The notes beneath the pieces were generated by a model that saw nothing but the letters and a program-made list of their open reading frames with translations, did not search any database and was not told the origin of the DNA. The translations under genes and the position numbers were made by a program. A DNA stretch of 63,220 nt, filler included, from Licmophora abbreviata (taxonomy: Eukaryota), in NCBI GenBank assembly GCA_900291995.1. It is 17 parts of 17 records of this genome, joined end to end, with 100 filler letters (N's around TTAATTAATTAA, not from the genome) between each part and the next. Parts side by side here need not be neighbours in the genome. Positions count along the whole stretch, not along the records: positions 8,925 to 12,325 come from OLMU01005502.1; positions 12,426 to 16,495 come from OLMU01005503.1; positions 16,596 to 18,840 come from OLMU01005504.1; positions 18,941 to 20,326 come from OLMU01005505.1; positions 20,427 to 30,110 come from OLMU01005506.1; 12 more parts are not named here. One strand, written 5' to 3'. Below, piece by piece: positions 11,822 through 23,721 of the stretch. Every line of letters begins with the position of its first letter. Position 1 is the first letter of the stretch.

Positions 11822-13359
11822 ATGTCTTGGAATGGAGGAAACGGCGCACAGCGTGTCACCGAGGAGGCGTGGATGCATGCGATTCAACAAGCGACCAAGG
11901 TACTCCTCGGCGTGGGTCATCACAACAACAATGACACGCTGCTTCGACAGCTGGCAGTCTCCATGACTCATCTGAACAATCTGCAAGGCAAACTGCAAGA
12001 AGGAACCAGTGACGACTGGAACGAGCCTCCGACGAAACTTCCACCCAAGTTTCGAGGTGAAAAGAGTCGCCGTACGGATGAGGCTGGAGGCGCAGCTACT
12101 AGTACCAAAGCAAGAGCTGACGCTCGGCAATGGGGAGGATTCACCTTTCTACCGGAGCATGGCTTTTCGGACGACGACGAATCGGACGACGAATCGGACG
12201 ACGACTCACACCATCACGCTCCTCCTCAAGATCGCCCCGATCCAGTTCCCTCTTTTGATTTCAAAAGCAACAACAACAGCATGAGTCGCCGTCGCTTGTT
12301 GATACGCGTCATTGACGGCACAGAGNNNNNNNNNNNNNNNNNNNNNNNNNNNNNNNNNNNNNNNNNNNNTTAATTAATTAANNNNNNNNNNNNNNNNNNN
12401 NNNNNNNNNNNNNNNNNNNNNNNNNCATGAGTCGCCGTCGCTTGTTGATACGCGTCATGTCGGCACAGAGTGAAGTCTACGCCTGTCGTGCCAGTCACAT
12501 GCCACCTCAGTGGAACCAGGCAGCCGATGACTACGAAGTCAGTCTACAGAAGATTCACTACGCCCTCCAGCTTGCCGACTCGGAATGCGCCTTGCTCCTG
12601 CAGCTCTACGGACACGTCCCCGACGCCCTCATGGACGACGCCCAGATCGTCAGCGTGGCCATTCACTACCTCACCACAGAATGCGACAAGTTCCGCCGCA
12701 AGGTCCTCGCGGAAGAACAGACCTTGCTCGAGAAACTCCGTCCCCAGTGGCAGGCCCGCGATGAGGCGCGGGCGCACATGGGCGACGACCGCTGGAGCAA
12801 GAACCCGAATCCGTCGAATCGATATGCGCAAACGCGCAAGGCGGACGAACAAAAATTGCGGGTCGTGCAACAGGCCTTGCAGCAGCTGGAGGGGATGGAT
12901 ACGGAAACGGCGCGGGCGTCGGCGCGCATGTTGCAGGAGCGTGTGGAGAACGGCACATTGCACGCTGCGCCGCATGGGTCTACTAGTAGTACATCTAGTA
13001 CTGGAAAGAGTAGTAGCGCGGAGCGCTACAATGGTATACGACCAACCGATATATCGCGTCGGGTTTCCTTGAAGGACTACCCCGATCCAGCCATTTCATT
13101 TGGTTGGATCTTCACGGGATCGCACAATAACACTGTGGAGTTCTTTGAGCGGGCCAATCAGAACGATGTCGTCTTTGACGAGGATGTCGTCAAGCTGGAC
13201 TGGTACTTTACGACGGCAACCATCAAGACGTCCCTGCATCACCCCACACAGGGCAAGACACAGCTCTTTGGCAAGCGAGTGTCTCCTGAAGTCTATCGAG
13301 AGGTCTTGACGAACCCGCGGGCGCATACGAATGTGCGGTATCGGAAGAAGAAAAAGTAG
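11822..13359 (+). CDS. Hypothetical protein with a coiled-coil region and a conserved-looking C-terminal domain; split by spacer 12326-12425
   Basis: 12280-12325 is nearly repeated at 12426-12470, joining the ORFs; C-terminal KLDWYFTTATIKTSLHHPTQGKTQLF...NPRAHT.VRY. Confidence 0.7.
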
Positions 13360-13801
13360 ATGGAATGATGATGATAGGACGCAAAAGCACAGTGCAGTGC
13401 CTGCTACTTATCCATAGGACTATTGTCTAGTCTCTAAGAGTAAGCACTAGAGTATGTACAAGGTGTTAGAGATTGCAAGCCGGTGTTTCGAGCATGCTGA
13501 ATGTCCCGCGCGCGGGCCATTCGCTCCTTTTGCAACTCACAGTAGAACCAGTACGCAAATCTACGTGCATTACTAGTAGACTAGGATAGCAGCCGCAACG
13601 GCAGCAGCAGCACGAGAGGAAGCTGTCACACGAGTAGTATCTGTTGTATCACACCGTCGTCCATCAGGGGAAAGGGACGATGGACTGATTCTGTTCTGAA
13701 GCAACACCAAAACGAAGATTTGCCATTCTGTGGAATCCATCCATTGATTGTATAAACTGAAGCGTTCTGAAGTTAGTGAGAAAAAAGACGACACCCTCAG
13801 C

Positions 13802-16035
13802 ATGACGCTTCCTACCGCCGCGGGACTGCAGCAGACCACCTTGTTCCAGAACAAGCAGAGAGAACAAGCCAGCAGCATGACACGACATCCTCGCAACGAC
13901 CCTGCTTCTCCTCTCCATCACGAAAGTCCTGCATGGACCGAATCAGCTTCTCGCAGTCGCCAGTTCTATCACGCTTCGCCGGACTCTCGTCGTCCCACTG
14001 CACCTCGTCACCACTGCGATTCGCATCGCCGTCGTCACGGAACGAATCACAAAACTGAGGATGAAACGTACCGCAAAACCTCTTCGGAAGGAGCAATCCA
14101 AGTCTCTCCGAGGAGTCGTTCGGACTCGTCGGCATACTCTGGATCGAATCAGCAGCAGCTGGCGGCGGTCGTTCGAAAACGAAACGAGGGTTCATCCTTA
14201 TCGTCGCCCCAGAAGAGAAAAAAGTCATGGTCTTCTGCGGAACTGTTGAGTCAAAATAAGAAGACTTGGAAAGGCGTGCAGGAACAAAACAATAGGAAGA
14301 GTGGTTCCAGCGTCGTGGAAGCCAAGACAAAGAAGGAGGAATCATCTGCTGCTACTAGTAGTAGTGGAACTTCGGATGCCACTGCCAAGGCTGCCATTCC
14401 TACTGCTGCTGCGGAAGTAGTATCGGTTGCATCGACCTGTGGCTCATCGCTGCCCTCCTCCTCTTCCTCCTCTGTTGAGTTGGTGGCTCCAGTCGTGCCG
14501 CCGTTCCGGTTCGAAGGTCGTGGCGATCTCGTGGAGCAACCTCCTTGTACGGTGAGGCAAAAAGAGGAAAATACGAGAACAGGCGACGAGACGAAGCGGC
14601 TGTCGAGCGTGGTACATGACAGTTCCGCCACTGTGGCAATGACTTCTAGTGCTGTGAACAGAACAGAAGAAGGAACAGAGAGTCCTAGTAGTGGCGCCGC
14701 GCAGCAAAAGCATCCCGAGACTCGACTGCAGCCGCAGAAATGGAAGCAGCGGGAGACAGTCATCTTGGACACGATTGCGAGCCAGTTTGCAGAGGCCAGG
14801 AACGACAACAATTCTGTCGACTCGAGCGATGACTCGGATGAAGAGACGGATGACGAAGAAGTCATGGCCTGGGGGCGCATGATGTTTGGCATTCAAGCTC
14901 CAGTGGCAGCAGCGCCGCCTCCGAGTGGAACAGTGGCACTGCCTGAGGAGCCTAGTATTGAGCCAGAAGTGACCGTGGATACTACATTCCGATGGGAAGA
15001 CTTTATGCCTCCTGTTGTGTCTCTTGCGGAGAGAGTCAAGATGCGTCGTGGACACGAGCCAGAGTTGATGGAAACCGAACAGAAGAAGCGTCCTCGTTCC
15101 AAAAAGGTCAAGACGGGTACGCGCAACAGCAACACTATTAAAAAGAAGACGCTTGTCGTCAAGGAAAAGATATCGCCTGCAGAAGCAAAGCGACGAAAGG
15201 AACTAGCGCGGCCCTTGACGGCTGCTGACTTGCGAAAAATACTTGCCGAAGACGAGGGTGACTGTGGTGGGATACCGTGCAGTGAGAGCTGGGTCCGGAG
15301 GTCGGTGCGGCTGCCGTCGCGTGCATTGCTCACATCGAAGAATGTTCAGAGTCTGTTGGAGAAGCTTCGGGAGAATGATCGCGACATGGAAGTCCTCAAA
15401 ATGAAAAAGTATCTGAGCGATCCGGATGCGCCAGCAGTGGTGATTGATACTGCCCTCGATGCACTGGAGGAGAATACCAATTGTCAGGCTTTGTACATTC
15501 AGGTGAATTGGTGTCGTGCATAGGTGCTTTTGTGTGTATGGGACGCATCGGTGTGAATTGCTAACTCGTTGGTGCGATTTACGCCGCCCCCTTTCAGAAC
15601 TTTAACAAAGGAATGCGCGACGCACAGGTCCTCCACCTGCTGTCGGTCTTGCAATTGCCGACTTGTAAGATTTGGTGTTTGAACGTTGGGGAAACGTATA
15701 ATGTTTCAATGAAGACTTGGAAGATCTTTACGAAGGGCTTGAAACAGACAAAGATAACGCACATGTATGCGAGTGAACACACAATAACGCCCGAGCTCAA
15801 GGATCAGATTCGAGGTACGATTCGACGGAATCGGTCCAAGCACAGCATGCATGATGATCCCAGCAATCTGGACATTATTGTGAGGTGTACGCATTGTTGG
15901 TGGAATCCAATCAATGCGAAGGTACTGCGACCGTACCTGCGAAGGAAGGGCTATGAGCATATCCTATATGATAAAGAGGCGCTGGGGCTGAAGGGGACCA
16001 TGTCGGGAGCGCCAGGGGATGAGCGTCCGGCGTGA
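13802..16035 (+). CDS. Hypothetical protein: long disordered N-terminus, basic NLS-like tract, C-terminal RNI/LRR-like domain; intron 15503-15597
   Basis: GTGAAT donor, GCTAAC branch and TTTCAG acceptor give NCQALYIQ|NFNKG...IWCLNVGE...ITHMYASE. Confidence 0.75.
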
Positions 16036-16909
16036 TTAATTTTCTGTAAGAATTTGTTGACTGCCGGGTTCTATGGTTTCACAGCTGGTCGTAGGAAGGC
16101 TCCGCAAGTAGATTGAAGATGCTAGCCCATGCACCTGCCTATCCTTACTTCTGAAGTGCTCTTCGAGTATATCTTGCATGCTCGAGGTTACCGATTTACC
16201 CGGTACTGGAAGCACCTCGTTATCGTCTTGGTCAACAAACTTGGAAGAGTTTGTTCTGGTCGGTGTCCGTTCGCGCCTGAAATCTCAATGGCAGGAGACT
16301 TAGATTGCGTCTCTCTCATCGCTGACGTAAAAAGAATGGGCGCCCATTACAATACTCCCTGGAGTACATTTACATGCGCGATGAAGACACATCCAATGCT
16401 CGCTCTCGTGTGCGCCGGGAATGATCGTCTGTCCTCGTCGGTTGGTCGTTCGCCCTTGTCGGCCCTTCGAAACCAGTATAGCGAATGCATAACAANNNNN
16501 NNNNNNNNNNNNNNNNNNNNNNNNNNNNNNNNNNNNNNNTTAATTAATTAANNNNNNNNNNNNNNNNNNNNNNNNNNNNNNNNNNNNNNNNNNNNAACCA
16601 GGCTCTGACTGCCTTCCGGCAGACCGTCGGCGAGTGTGCCCCACGCAGTCGCGTCGAGCCGAGAGCAACCGGTGTCGACATTATCATGGTTGCACCATGG
16701 GCAAATCGTTTGCGCTGCTCTTTGGTTCAGTGCGGGACGTGGTCACGAACAAGCAACTGCAGGGAACATGTTGTGGTACGATACCAGGGAAAGATCGCAG
16801 ATAATTTGATTGAAATACTAAATTTACGTAGGTAATCCTAATTGTTTGCCTCGTGGAAGCCGTCGTGTTCATGCTGGTATCGACACTGAGGAGAGAATAC
16901 ATACTTTGA

Positions 16910-18840
16910 CTACGTCGGAGGGGCCAAAGTTGTGACAAAAGGATCAATCCAACGTTCGGCATTGTTGAAGACCTGCCGGACGCCGAAGCCTGCATCCGTC
17001 AAGTTCGACAAAAACTGATTGTACGAGGCCTGGACTGTGTTCAACGTCATACTGCCCGATGTGTCGACGAAAAGACCAACAAAGCTGATCGACGAAGGCG
17101 ACAATGCCCCGAGGTCGCACGCTTCAAACCAGTTTGATGCCAAAGCAATGTTGTTATTGTCACGGTTGACATTGAATGCCAGCGTGCGATCCACGCCGTC
17201 CGGGTTGTTGACTGTGTCAAGGTCATATCCGGTAGGGCTACCACAAGGGATGATAGAGAACAACATGGCAGAATAATGTAAGTGTCATCCACTCGCAACG
17301 ATAGACGCTGTCATATCAATGTATGTACTTACAGTGTCTGGATAACGGTACTAGGGACGAGCAAGCAAAAGGGACGTTGAGGGAATTGAGCTCGGAAACT
17401 AGCCCACTCACTGGCATAGTTTCTACCGTTCCACTCGTCAATGACGGCCACACAGGGGACAATGTTTTGCAAGTTCTGACAGAGACCGGTAAAGGAGTCG
17501 CAGGCTTCGCCGTTGCCGCAGGCAACGGGCTCGGAGTTGCAGGTGTTCGTGTCCGCATCGCACCTGTTGACTGTACAGAGATCACCGTCTTCGCAAGAAC
17601 CACCGCAGGGTGTGCTATCCTCTACGCCAATCCCTGAGTCAGTCGAGTAGGAAGTGACCGCATTGAGCTTGGTGAAGCTGGTAGCCGTATTCTCCGTGCC
17701 ACTGACCACTGCCACGGCTTGGAAACTAAACACTTCACCAGCGATAGCAGAAAAGACCGCCAGGGAATTCGAGTAAATGTTCGTGCCCGTGGCAGGCAGC
17801 TGTAAAACTGGAGTGGTACCGGTCTGTCCTTGGTTGTCCACACGGTAGCTGTACGGCGAAAAAAAACGCGATCTGTTAGAGGACAAGTCAAATAGGTAGA
17901 CCAGGAAGTGTACAAGATACAAAAAGACGTACAGGTTGAACTCGTCAATAGTACCCTGAGCAATCCCAGAAGCACTAATATCGATAGTGATAAGGAGATT
18001 GAGATTCGTGCTGACGGATATGGTGGCGGGGGTGATCTGGAACTGGCCAGTGGTCGCGGCATTGGCCAAGTTGGCTTGCTCAACCAACTGGGCCTGAGCT
18101 GCCAGGAGACCCGCTTCGATACCATCAATTAAACAGGCTTCGTCATTTCCACACAGTGCCTGAAGCTCTGGCGTTGCTTCCGTCAGGTCAATGGGATCCG
18201 TCAGTGCATCGTCACAACCTGACAAGGAAGCGAAGTCGGAGTCGTAGTAAGTGAACAACGTGGCGCTCTCTTCTCGGATGCACCAGTTATTCAAGCAATA
18301 GCCCAGCGCCTCGTTCCCGCGAAGGCCTGAAAGAGGGACTAGATTACCACCAGGTTGCATCCAGTCATTCAATGAATTGTCGTCAGCCGAGCCGAGCAGC
18401 CCTTCGGTGCCTTCGGCTTGATACGTGGATGGAAGACCGACACTGAATCCGAAATTTCCACCAACGAAGTTAAAGAAATTGAGGGAGATAGTCAATGTCG
18501 TGTCCTTGTATGTGATGCGGAAGGGACCAGTGTCAGAATTGGAAACAACCACCACGTTGGCGTCTTCGAAAATGGGCGGGCTAGTCGTCAGCTGGGCTCC
18601 GTCTACCAATACAACAGGTGTAGAACCTCCAGAAATGGGAATAGAAATTTCCACAACAGTGCTGAGTGGACCTTCAGACACAGCAATACCGGTTGTCACA
18701 GAAAAAAGGCCGATCTTCCGGAAACGCGCTTGAACCTGCATATCACCGGAGCTGGTTAGGATGAAATGGCCTCCTCCTTGGCAGTCATAGCGAAGACCAT
18801 CAAAAGTAATGATGTGAGGGTCACCAGAAGCTCCGCCACA
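16910..18840 (-). CDS. Secreted multidomain protein: VWD domain, Cys-rich module, VWA-like C-terminus; introns 17849-17932 and 17238-17332; 5' end at spacer
   Basis: GGASGDPHIITFDGLRYDCQGGGHFIL, GLLGS.D.N..NDW, C.DGDLCTVNRC repeat, VGLFVDTSGSM; canonical splice sites preserve the frame. Confidence 0.82.
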
Positions 18841-18940
18841 NNNNNNNNNNNNNNNNNNNNNNNNNNNNNNNNNNNNNNNNNNNNTTAATTAATTAANNNN
18901 NNNNNNNNNNNNNNNNNNNNNNNNNNNNNNNNNNNNNNNN

Positions 18941-19226
18941 CAAAATTGCATTCGCAGTTTCTATTGCCATCCCTCACAATGCATGCTGCGTTCCCATCAC
19001 AAACGCTAGGACAGCGGCATGAGCCACATGTTTCCGGGCAGTTGTTTCTCACGAGATTCCTCAGAGCACAGGTGCTCTCTCTCGTCGAGCCGGGTAAATC
19101 AGTGATTTCATCGCAGGTGCGGAATCCGTGCTTGAGGACGAAGAAGGTTCTGTCAGGATGGTTGCCATCTCTACAGGATCTTTTCACCCTAAGAGATCGA
19201 TCTTCATGCTGTGAAACGCCTGGGGG
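18941..19226 (-). CDS. Exon with ShK-like and EGF-like Cys motifs, possibly an upstream part of the VWD gene
   Basis: CRD...TC...C...VRNNCPETCGSC followed by CPSVCDGNAAC...CECN; CTGAC...CACAG acceptor upstream; DRSL (RxL) motif. Confidence 0.6.
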
Positions 19227-19454
19227 CCCTGTGGGAGGTCAGGCAAGAGTGGGTAGAGGTATGCATTCTGGTTAGTACCTTAGCAACGTGGCAACAGCAA
19301 GTTCACGGTGAACGCGATGTGGGAAAAGATGAAAAAGAAAAAGATGAGCCGGTCCAAAGTCCATCGCGCGCGAGAGTCTGGCCTGCCACCGGACTTGGCA
19401 ACTCGCCGGTCAGATGACAGACGAGGAGCATCGAGTCCGAGTCGAGTCAGTCGA

Positions 19455-19868
19455 TTACGACGTCAGATTCTCCGTTGAGAAAACAGCCAGCCTTGCCTTT
19501 TTGGGAATAAGGATCAATTTTCTTTCTTTATTCTTCGGCGCATAGGTTGGCATGAAATATGAAATATTGAACTTTTGAAAATTTTCTCGGGGACGAATCA
19601 AATCGAATCTCAAGAGTCTACGAGCGATGATCAGTTGCCTTGTCTCACCTTCTTCCTCCTCCTGCTTGCTGGATGCCGCTCCTTGGAGTGCTGACGTATC
19701 CTTGTCACTTGGATTGCTACGCTTCTTGTTCTTGTTGCTGCCAGGAACATTTTCAAGGCTCAGCGGACTACTGTTCTTGTTGGGATGGAGTGTCAGATCA
19801 GCTTCCACGCCGTCCAAACCCCAACTACCGATGAGGAAAGTCAGCACTAGGAGTGTTTTGACAATCAT
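19455..19868 (-). CDS. Signal-peptide-bearing ORF/exon with RxL motifs; possible first exon of the ShK/VWD gene
   Basis: MIVKTLLVLTFLIGSWGLDGVEA signal peptide; RQL, RRL and RKL motifs. Confidence 0.45.
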   Translation of the reverse strand: MIVKTLLVLTFLIGSWGLDGVEADLTLHPNKNSSPLSLENVPGSNKNKKRSNPSDKDTSALQGAASSKQEEEEGETRQLIIARRLLRFDLIRPRENFQKFNISYFMPTYAPKNKERKLILIPKKARLAVFSTENLTS

Positions 19869-20513
19869 CTTGATCTCCTGTTGTCCAAGAAGAAGCGACT
19901 CTACAGCTTCTAAAGCCACCAGAATACTGCAACCAATTCAAAGCAAGGATGAACCAAGACGCGTGAACAAATAATGACGAATTTTGCGGCCCTTCTTGCT
20001 CTTTGCTCCGTACCACCTACCTGGTTCCTGTACTCTGCATAGGAACTGGTATAAAGTACCGTACCGTATCTTCAACCTGTATCAATCATTCCTAGCATTT
20101 TAGGCTTTGCGGTACTTGTCTACCAGATACCGTACCAGTCTTGGTAACCCCCACGACTTGGACCTTTGGCGGATGGGCCTGCCGTTGCGTATTTTTGATA
20201 CTAAAGTCTACGAGTACGTGGAAGGTGTCTACAAACAAAGATTGAAGATGCGGAGGCTTTGTGTCGAATGAGTCGAGTGATGAGTCGGGGGAGAATAGTA
20301 GAGAATGGACCTCCTTTATCATATTANNNNNNNNNNNNNNNNNNNNNNNNNNNNNNNNNNNNNNNNNNNNTTAATTAATTAANNNNNNNNNNNNNNNNNN
20401 NNNNNNNNNNNNNNNNNNNNNNNNNNGACCGTTTACTAATTCCATCATGCTTGAAATCGTATTAGCAGAAAAAGTGTTGCAACGACTCCAGAGCAGTACT
20501 TCCTCTCTCCTTA

Positions 20514-21401
20514 TCAAGAAAAGATGTCCTTGCTCTGTGCCAGCACGAGCAAATCTTCACACTGGTCATGTAGAAACTGCCTCCATGTGGCCCAGTCTTG
20601 CGGTCGCGCATATTGAAATGGCGTGCTGTTACGCTTGTCCGTAATCAAAAGGAGAGAGGGATCGCGCCGGAGCAACAGCTCACAAATCTCCAATTGCGGC
20701 GTGGGATTCCAACAGGCATCATGAAAGGGAGTACGACCACAGTCGTCTCGGATCCTCACACTCAGTCCCGCATCTTGCAAGAGGAATGTTACAATTTCTT
20801 GAAAGCCACGTCGACAGGCCATGTGGAGGAGTGATTCTCCAAAGCGATTGCAGCAGTCGACCGATTTTGTGTCGTGCAGCCGTCGCAGGGTGGCAACGTC
20901 GTTCTCGCGGCATGCCACGACCAGTTGCATATCGTAGGCAGAAATGCGCTCTTCGGAAATGTCCGGGAAGTAGCCATCCGTGAGGGAGATTGCCTTCTGA
21001 GGTTTAGGAGTGAAGCCGCAGATGGATGTGACAAGTTTAGCTAGATAGTCGTCGGGGTCCATGTGAACTTTGGGGTCTGGAAGAGGTGTTCGTTGTCGTC
21101 GTGAAGGTCGGTCCTCGTCGTCGAAACGAATAATGTTGGTCGGAGAAGAGGAAGACACTGTGCTGTCGTCGTCCGACGATGAAGAAGAAGATGAAGAGGT
21201 GGCAGAGGTGGTGTCGACGCTCTTGGTTCTCATCTTCTTGTTGTACGTAGTCGTCCCCTCATCTTCAAAAGAAGAGGCACTCTGCTTGTTCTTCATGGAA
21301 GGCTCTTGATGTTGCTCTTGTTGTTGCTTCTGCAGCTCATTCTTTTGTGGTGATGAACGGGAGGAACTCTCAACGTTGCTTGTCTCTGTCGATGGTGGCA
21401 T
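20514..21401 (-). CDS. Ankyrin-repeat protein
   Basis: NRFGESLLHMACRRG, DDCGRTPFHDACW, DKRNSTPFQY; start at MPPS inferred. Confidence 0.88.
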   Translation of the reverse strand: MPPSTETSNVESSSRSSPQKNELQKQQQEQHQEPSMKNKQSASSFEDEGTTTYNKKMRTKSVDTTSATSSSSSSSSDDDSTVSSSSPTNIIRFDDEDRPSRRQRTPLPDPKVHMDPDDYLAKLVTSICGFTPKPQKAISLTDGYFPDISEERISAYDMQLVVACRENDVATLRRLHDTKSVDCCNRFGESLLHMACRRGFQEIVTFLLQDAGLSVRIRDDCGRTPFHDACWNPTPQLEICELLLRRDPSLLLITDKRNSTPFQYARPQDWATWRQFLHDQCEDLLVLAQSKDIFS

Positions 21402-22259
21402 GACGATGACTTGGTCGGGTGGAAAATGTGAGCAAGATGTGTGTCGTGAGTGAGTCTGCGTCAATCTTGCAGCTGACTTTCTGACTTTCTGCAACTTGCG
21501 AAAAATTTAGTCAACACGTAGAGCTCGCGCGCGTGGTAGCGAGCACCGCCGTGCTGATGAAGTGAGAAAGGTGGTGGTGCGTCCCGCGCTCCCGTCGTTT
21601 CCAAAGTGCAATAAACGTCCAAGACCACTGTTTTGGACGTCACCAACGACTCCGTGAGAAGGTAACACCCGCACGATGTGAAGGGGGGAGAGAACGCCAC
21701 CGTCGATAGCGGGGCGTGACCCAGTCAGTCTGCGTTGATTGGTGGAATGTGAAGGGTTGAGGATGAAACTTCATTCGATAAGCTGGGGGCTTCTCTGAGT
21801 CAATGCTAAGAGGGAACATGCTTCGGGTCATTATTTGATAAGTATGTTTTGTGTGATACTATGACATAGTCATAATTATTCCAGATTCAATAAATGAAAA
21901 TGTCACAGCGACGAACAATGATCTTTCTTTGATTCTGCGGTCTCGACTGAGTCACACTCCTTGCTCGTTGCTTCGCTGATGGTAAGAGTTGCTCGTCGCG
22001 CACGGACTTCGCAGACTTCGCAGAAGTGCTTACGTCTCAATGAACGTAGTTCCATCAGGCGATTTTGAAACCACTTTTCCTATTCAAACTATGTCGTACA
22101 TACAATGCAAACTCTATGTCTTTGCTTTCTAGTACTTCGCATTGTACTCAACTCTTTCTTCTTTCACCCTGTTCTTACATTGACATGTTTCGAACAAGCT
22201 CTACTACACTCAAACATCAGAGCATATGTCCCGTCCATCCATTCGGCTATTCTCATCCG

Positions 22260-23336
22260 TTAGTTGACCACGTTGGTGTAATCAGCTTCACTCTTGGCTT
22301 TCATATAGGCTTCAATATTATCTGCCGTCATGTCCACCAGTCGTTGTCGTGTTTCGATGCGCCTCCATCCAATATGAGGTGTCAGTGCTACATTCGGTAA
22401 CGTCCACAGTTTACTGTCCTCCGCAGGTGGTTCACTCTCAGTCACATCCAATCCTGCACCAGCAATCACATTTTCTTCCAGACAGTCAATCAACTCTTGC
22501 TCGTTGCAAATGGCGCCTCTCGATGTATTAATCAGATACGCCGATGCTTTCATTTGTTCGAGTTGGGATCGACCAATGGACCCTCTCGTTTCATCATTGA
22601 GTGGACAATGAATACTGACAAAATCGGATTCTTGGAGCAGAAGGTTGATATCGGAAACGACACGCACTCTCGAATGACCTTCATGTCGATGGGTCACTGG
22701 CAATTTCCCCGACCGACTGCTAATGATCACATTCATCCCCAGTTGCAGTGCTATATCACAAACCCTACTCCCAATCAAGCCACTTCCTCCAACCAACCCC
22801 AAGGTCTTGTTGGTTAATTCTTGCAAGGAGCACTGAAAGGGTCCTGTAAAGTTACTCTTGTCACCGCTCTGCAACATGCGCTGCTGTGCAAACATGTCAA
22901 TAGACAGATTCATCAGGTACGTAATGGCCATGTGTGCAACAGCGTCGGTCGAGTAGGTAGGTACGTTGCAGACGGCAATCTTGCGTTCCCGTGCGGCTGT
23001 AATCGGCAGATTGTTATAGCCTGTACCTGCCTCGCACAATAGCCTTACGGAGGGTGGAAAGGCATCTTGTAATGTGGAGGGAGTAATTTCCATTTCCTTG
23101 GTGATTACAATTTCAGCATCTTGGAGGATCCTTTTTGTAGAAGTATCAGTAGTAGAATGGAAGAGCGAGTGTTCGTCGTCGTTGCGAACAAAGTGTGTGA
23201 GTTTGTGGAGACGGGAGAAATCTAGTTTCTGGTCGTAGTCCAATCGCGAGGCATTCAGAAAGACACAGACGGGGCGGTGAAGTAACGTAGAGGAGGAGGA
23301 TTGGCAGAGGCGGCGTGTGCAAGCTAGAAAAGGCAT
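22260..23336 (-). CDS. D-isomer-specific 2-hydroxyacid dehydrogenase (glycerate dehydrogenase/hydroxypyruvate reductase-like)
   Basis: AGTGYNN, GLVGGSGLIG, SDFVSIHCPL, LINTSRG, GAGLDV..EP, LTPHIGW; Arg/Ser-rich presequence-like N-terminus. Confidence 0.92.
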   Translation of the reverse strand: MPFLACTRRLCQSSSSTLLHRPVCVFLNASRLDYDQKLDFSRLHKLTHFVRNDDEHSLFHSTTDTSTKRILQDAEIVITKEMEITPSTLQDAFPPSVRLLCEAGTGYNNLPITAARERKIAVCNVPTYSTDAVAHMAITYLMNLSIDMFAQQRMLQSGDKSNFTGPFQCSLQELTNKTLGLVGGSGLIGSRVCDIALQLGMNVIISSRSGKLPVTHRHEGHSRVRVVSDINLLLQESDFVSIHCPLNDETRGSIGRSQLEQMKASAYLINTSRGAICNEQELIDCLEENVIAGAGLDVTESEPPAEDSKLWTLPNVALTPHIGWRRIETRQRLVDMTADNIEAYMKAKSEADYTNVVN

Positions 23337-23721
23337 CGTGCTGAATGAACCTGGTAGTATGATAGATCGAGACTTTGACTCTCGACACAGAGAGACAGCA
23401 ACACTAGGATCACAACAAGGCACTTCACATTATCGTCATCTTTTAGAAAACAGTGATGTGTGTTGCCTCGAAGAAGATTGGAGGTCTCGATCGATGAGGT
23501 GACATCTGACTGACGTTTTTAGAAGTTCCAAATCTGGAATTTCTAGTCTACGTAATGTTTCTACTGGAGTCTACGTCCAAAGCGAGATCTTTCGCGCGTA
23601 AAATTGTGCCATTCCAAACAGCACAGAAGTAGTTTCGGCCGGATTTCGTCGTCGTCAATGTGTGTTATCATTTTCTCGCTGATAAGCAGCACCATCTGTC
23701 CACCACGAGTACACCACGACC

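Noticed and set aside
16129..16495. 140-aa ORF after the LRR-like gene
   Set aside because: No motifs, open only into the spacer; probably non-coding
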